Positions 58,596 through 64,000 of a DNA stretch of 64,000 bases are shown one piece after another (the stretch's first letter is position 1; each line of letters begins with the position of its first letter). This DNA comes from Hydrurus foetidus. Lineage: Eukaryota. The stretch is from the NCBI GenBank assembly GCA_900617105.1, contig UYFQ01000471.1, positions 1-64,000 on the forward strand. Reading direction: 5' to 3'. The notes below the pieces were generated by a model. The model was not told the origin of the DNA and made no database searches. It saw nothing but the letters and a program-made list of their open reading frames with translations. The translations under genes were made by a program, and so were the position numbers.

Positions 58596-60025
58596 GCTCC
58601 TCGCAGAATGACCTATATACTATCACGCGATGACAGCCGATGAATTCAAGGCGACGTTCATCATATCATCCAAAGTTCTGATGAGCACCTACACGATCGC
58701 ATTACTTTCACGATCACTCCACACTTCATGATCTCTTCACCATAACTACCTAAGCACTGGCACATTCGACATTCGACTCAACTGCCAGAATTATCTGAAG
58801 TGCCAGCTAATAATCAATATTTGCATCTTTTGTGTGACGATGATTTTGTTTACATTTGGAGTAGGGTTGTTTGGAGAGAAAACTTATCTGACATTTAAGC
58901 AACTTTTTATGCGAGGTACGGGATAGATGTCTCGCAGCTGTAGGGGCATGGTGATTTTGAGTTGGAGTTCTGAGTACGCACAGAAGCAACAACAGGTTCT
59001 GGAGAACATTCCAATAGTACAGAGTACTCTGCGCCTGAAGAACATTCTCTACCTAGAACACTCCTTCGAAAGATTTTGCGAATTCGTTCCATGTTACGGT
59101 CATCGATTTAATTGAATTCATTGAATAAAAAAACCAGATGGGTATAAAAAGGACATTCTAGATTACAACAGAACAGAAAATCTTCAATAGATCAGAGCAG
59201 ATGGATGCCTTCGGTAGATGGAGTGCATTGCATTACAATAGAATGATATGGATGCAGAAGGACGAATCGAAATGAATGGAAATATAGAAACGAAGTTTCA
59301 ATGTGATATGATGTTGGGTGACGCGTGAATGAAGCGAAATAAAAACAATTCCCATGTCAAATTTGACACTGATTCAGACAAAGAAGGGAACATAGTGTCA
59401 CGGATGTACCACGATTCATGAAATCTTCACTTGTGGTTCCTTTCTGACATGATATGCATAGTCAGTGAAGAAATTGCTTGAATGAATTGATATGAAATGT
59501 AAATGAAATGAGAAAGAGAGTGGAAAAACAAATTAAAATGATTCGCTTTCTGGCCATACGGTACTATACAGTATAGTAAGACACAGGCTACGATGTGATA
59601 TGATGTGATGTGATGTAAAATGATGTAATCTGATAATGTTACGAGAGATATTAGTAGTGACTGGTTCCTGATAAAAATCTCTGACTCCCCATTGCGTTGG
59701 TAACATCTCCTCTAACATCTCTAGGAGCAGAGGAGGTGTCGGTGTTAGGAGGAGTAGAGGGGACACAGTTAGTGTTAGAGGTAGTACATGTGATGGTAGT
59801 GAGAGGGAGAGTGACTCCAGAGGAGCAGTAGCAAGGAGGGGGCGAAGAGGCGTAGTCTGATGCCCGTGGAGTGGCGGGCAGGAGAGGGAGTGGGGGTGAT
59901 CCATGTCTCTGACTGGCAGTGCAGGCGACAGGCACGATGTGTGCATTAGAAGAGTAAGGAGGTGCGGATGGTTGTTGCGACTCCTCTCTACAGGTAGCTG
60001 CCCTGGCACTGACCGACTCGCAGTA

Positions 60026-63000
60026 TTAGCGAGAGCAGCAGACTAGACCGATGATTATCAGCAGTCCCAATACCGCACACACACTCCCGATTATCACCGT
60101 TGCTGTTCCATAGTTCAAACCTGCATTGCAGTACAATACAGTACAGTACGATGCTGTACGGTAGAAGGAGGGGGAGGAAAGGGAAAGGAAGGAGATGAGA
60201 GAACATCTTATGATTCTAAATATCTATCGTTGGATTGCACTCACAAGTCAGAAAGCATGCTTCAAGAACATTCTTAAGAGTATTCTCAGAAGTGTCAACA
60301 GCATTGCTTTCCTATGACTAATTGCACCCTCCATCCATCCATCCATCCATCCATCCATCCATCCGACCAAATCAAATCAAATCAGAACAGATCTAATCAG
60401 TCCGTTCAACGTCTCTACACGTACATGATGCTTGAGATACAGGAGCTTCAGAGGGAGAGCTAGTGGGGGAGAAGTCTAAGATAACCAGCTCGGAGACATC
60501 CACCACATCCAAACCCGTATTGCTCTTGAGCACTGCGAGGAACAGTCCACTGAAGATGGCTGTTCTGAGTCTGGTGATGACTGCATCAGAGGAGAGTCCG
60601 GATAAAACAGAGAAGCTGTAGGATATCGAGATACCTACCAGTAGCTGTCTGCGATGAGCGGAGGAGGTCAGGGGGTACACTTCAACAGGCAGTTTGAGCG
60701 CAGTAGTCAGGGTCTTCTGTAAGGCAGTTAGGAAACTCGGTGCATTCACTTGGGACAGAGAGAGTCCTTCTAGAGTCTGAAATGTGATGAATGGGAGAGG
60801 GAGAAGGAGAGGGGGAAGGGACAAGGCAAGGTGATGAAAGGGGTTTGAGGTAGAGTAGGGAAGTATGGTGCGGTATGACGAGTTAGGGGTGGATTGATAT
60901 ATTGCTTGGACTGGTCGGTTATTCACAGTGCGACTGTAGGTTGACAGGTGGACTGCATGACCAAGTGACGAGCGACAAGATAGCAGTCAGTAGCTAGGAG
61001 TGTAAAATATACTTGTGTCCGACCTGAGACACTTGGATGTAAGAGTGATAGGCCGAGGTGGGGGTTGGTGTTGGTCTGAAGGTAGGGAAGGAGGGCACAG
61101 CGGGTTTCGCTGAGGGCCACCTGTACATGCCGTTGGAAGATCCGAGTGTAGAGCCAAGGGAGAGGAAGAGGCTCTGCATCTTCTCGTAATTCACCGACCC
61201 CAGACCTGTCGCAGGGTCCCATCCGACCCCCGCTTCGAACCCCTGGGGGCAGCATATGCCATTGGCAGAGCAGTGGGTGTCCCCTGATACGATGTCGTTC
61301 ACGAATGCGGAGTGATTCGCATATAGAGTGGGATTAATCCACCCGACAGAGCCTTTACCAGCTGCCATTCGAGCAGCGTTGATGTTGGAGATAAATCCTG
61401 CTATTGCGGGGGCGGATGTACCGGATACTTTGAAGAAGGACCCCCCGATAGACACGGCATAATTGCACCCCGCCAGTGAGATGTCCGGATATGCTCTGCC
61501 GTTGATGTTGTAGCCGGTGACTGGAGAGTGACCTGCAGCCTCAGTTGACTTGAAGTACTCCGACACAGCAGCCGTCTGCCAAGAGGGTCTACCAAAATAG
61601 GAAGAGAACCCTCCGCCAGATGTGAAAGCTTGGCCGTTATCTCCCTGCGCAACCACCTCCGTGTCGCCGCGCTCTATACCCTGAGAGTGCAGTTAAAGGT
61701 GAAGGCAGCATTTTAGGATTATGCATGAGGTAGCGGTGAAGGGGCAGTGCACAGTATAGCAGATATCCGACTATAGCGGTAGAAGGAGGAGTGTTGGGGT
61801 AGGAGGGGAGAGGATACGCACAGATACAGCAGGAGCGACAGACAGCCCAAACATGATGCGGATAGATATGACATAATGCGAGCACTCATGGTATCGTACC
61901 GTAGTGCCCCCGACTGAGAGAATGTAAGGATTGGAGGCTGGAAACAGAGGGGAGTAGCCGCATGCACGGAAGCCGTGCTGACGGACAGTAGAGCTGACTG
62001 CTCCATCATCGCCAGATGCTGCTACTACAGTGACACCCATAGCGCTTAGCTTGATGGCTTGTGTGCTGAATGCGGCCATCTCTGACGCAGACATAGACAG
62101 TTCATCCGCTCCATAACTGATGCTGAACACCAATGGGGGCTTCACACAATCGGCAACAGTCTCGAGCCATTCAGCAAGGTCGAGGTCAGTGTACCAGTGC
62201 GTTGTGGGAGATCCTGGAGAGGTAGCCATCATGTACTGAATGTCCAAGTTACCCTCCGCACAGCTGCTCGGTTTCTCACTGCAAACGAGGTCACTAGAGT
62301 GACCATTGATGTTCTTGGAGACCGGTTGAGCTGGCAGTGAAAAAGTGCTTTGAAAGTAAGCCAAATCAGCGGGACTAAAATATTGACCAATTGTGCTGAA
62401 TATTGCTTGAGTCGAAGAAGAGCTGCCTTTATTCGTTCCGACATTATAGTATGCTGCTATCTTTTCTGGTGTCACATAATCAGCGAACGGATTTGACTTG
62501 GCTTTCTCTACAGTGAATTCTGCTGACAGAGGTGTCGACTGAGGAATCGGTAGAGAGCCAACAACTCTGGTAGGCATTTGAATAGTATTGAACACGCTCT
62601 CAACATGTTGGTCCATCTCGACAGGAATCCAATATCTCTCAGCCCTGGTCATCTTGTCTACCTTGATATCACTGTCCGACTGGTGGAATGTGAAGAATTC
62701 GGTATTAAACATTCTCTCCCATGTATCTATCGGAGCAGTGGCTTTTACATATTCACCGTGCAGAGTTTCGGACACTATGATAGCACCTTTAGCGAGCAAA
62801 TAAGTAACAACTGCATCACGGGCGTCTGGATTCGAAGTCATAGCCGCTACTTCTTCACCCGTCATATGTTGTCCGTAGTTCGGACTCAGCGGATTTGAGA
62901 TGTCATGAAGTATATCGGTCAATTGCACCATGTTCCTTTGACGAATCACAAATATGACTTCGTGTCGTTGGTCTCGATGGGATCGATCTTGTCGAACAAT

Positions 63001-63159
63001 GTCGCGACGCGCAGTCAATTGTGGGATAGTTTCTCGAAAGGAATGAGTAACAGACTTTTGCGCGTGCTCTGCTGACCACGATCGCGTGCCTGCATCTGCA
63101 AGGCAGCGGTTGACCAACTCAAATATCAAAATAGATAGAAGATAGAGAGTAGGTATCAT
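60026..63159 (-). CDS. Sedolisin/tripeptidyl-peptidase I-like S53 peptidase with C-terminal TM anchor; exons ~63159-61900, 61680-61024, 60776-60425, 60120-60026
   Basis: Signal peptide; prodomain ISNPLSPNYGQHMT; EGNLDIQY, SISYG, ASGDDG, FPASNPYILSVGGT, SGGGFS, GRAYPDIS, SGTSAP, GWDPATGLG; spliced TM segment VIIGSVCAVLGLLIIIGLVCC. Confidence 0.9.
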
Positions 63160-63444
63160 ATTTCCTCTCTGTGAGGTCTTCTTGTTGAAACTAAAAAAGA
63201 TATCTTGGGTCAATCCGCTCGTCGAGATGGTCCTACCCATTTCCTCACGGTCCATCCACTCGACTATAGTGATGTCGTGGTCACTCTAATTGTTAGCTAT
63301 TGGCCCATAGCGGGTTGGTTGTGACTTCGCAACTCTTGAACAACTCTTGACTGTGAACTGAATTGTGAAACCTCCTTTCCGATTTGATTTGGACCCCCGA
63401 ACGTTATTTTGGACTACGCACTTCATATTTTTTTAAAATAACGA

Positions 63445-63507
63445 CACGCACGACGCACAACGCACAACGCACAACGCACAACGCACAACGCACAACGCAC
63501 AACGCAA
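63445..63507. repeat. (ACGCACA)n heptamer repeat
   Basis: Direct reading. Confidence 0.85.
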
Positions 63508-64000
63508 CCCTTCCTGGCTTTCAAGTTGACACCCTCCGATTATCCAATGTTTATACAATAATAACGTCAATTTTCAATCTTGTAGGTAACTTCTGCTGAT
63601 TTGTGGCCATCGAGTGCCGAAGAATTCGTTATTTTCTTCCAAAAGAAATCTTTTTTGCAACCTCGTGAAGCCTATCGCTTATACCTGAAGGCTGAAATTC
63701 ATGACAGATGCACCTAACACCTAAGCCTATGATTCAAAAATTTGGAAATTAACGTTATCGGAGTTATCGCTCATGACGTTAGGACCTGAGCTGTCCCTTA
63801 TTGGCTGATTTTGCAGGCATCATATCCTGTACATTACTCCTATCGTTTCCTACCAAATTACAATTGGTTTTCATTGGAATCACTCGAATTAAATTATTTC
63901 TCCGACAGAACCTTTCAACCCGTTTTATGTGACATGATTACGCTATTCAGGGAAGCAGCTCTTTATTATTTGCTCTTGTTAAGAGTGGTCAACAATGCGG

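Noticed and set aside
58807..59115. Short ORFs upstream of the PH-like ORF
   Set aside because: Could not be joined into a consistent spliced frame; left unannotated.

Overview
Chromosome end of a eukaryote with spliceosomal introns; it is probably an ochrophyte or other stramenopile (inferred from a signal-peptide+AF plastid-type presequence, CoDi-like Copia elements and a hybrid histidine kinase). Layout: a telomere (1-3068) mixing CCCTAA, CCCCAA and TTTTAA; a 158-bp subtelomeric tandem repeat; host genes (multi-pass membrane protein, PLOD-like/GT90 glycosyltransferase fusion, PAAT-like protein, GNAT acetyltransferase); a ~22-kb transposon island (21750-43530); then a hybrid histidine kinase, a large low-complexity gene and a sedolisin/TPP1-like gene. 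The island holds two young Ty1/Copia elements, a nest of TIR elements, a 1.8-kb foldback element, a pogo-like element, a CACTG MITE, a decayed Sola2-like element and a small element carrying telomere-like repeats. Best leads: (1) both Copia elements lack a tRNA-type PBS and instead have a 10-nt PBS complementary to their own LTR, the Tf1-style self-priming signature; (2) the pogo-like element encodes a transposase plus a convergent DNA-binding-domain-only paralog and has a non-TA target duplication; (3) the second Copia separates gag and pol by one in-frame UGA followed by a long stem-loop, and has TA...CA LTR ends. All alignments and coordinates were read by eye; no database searches were run.
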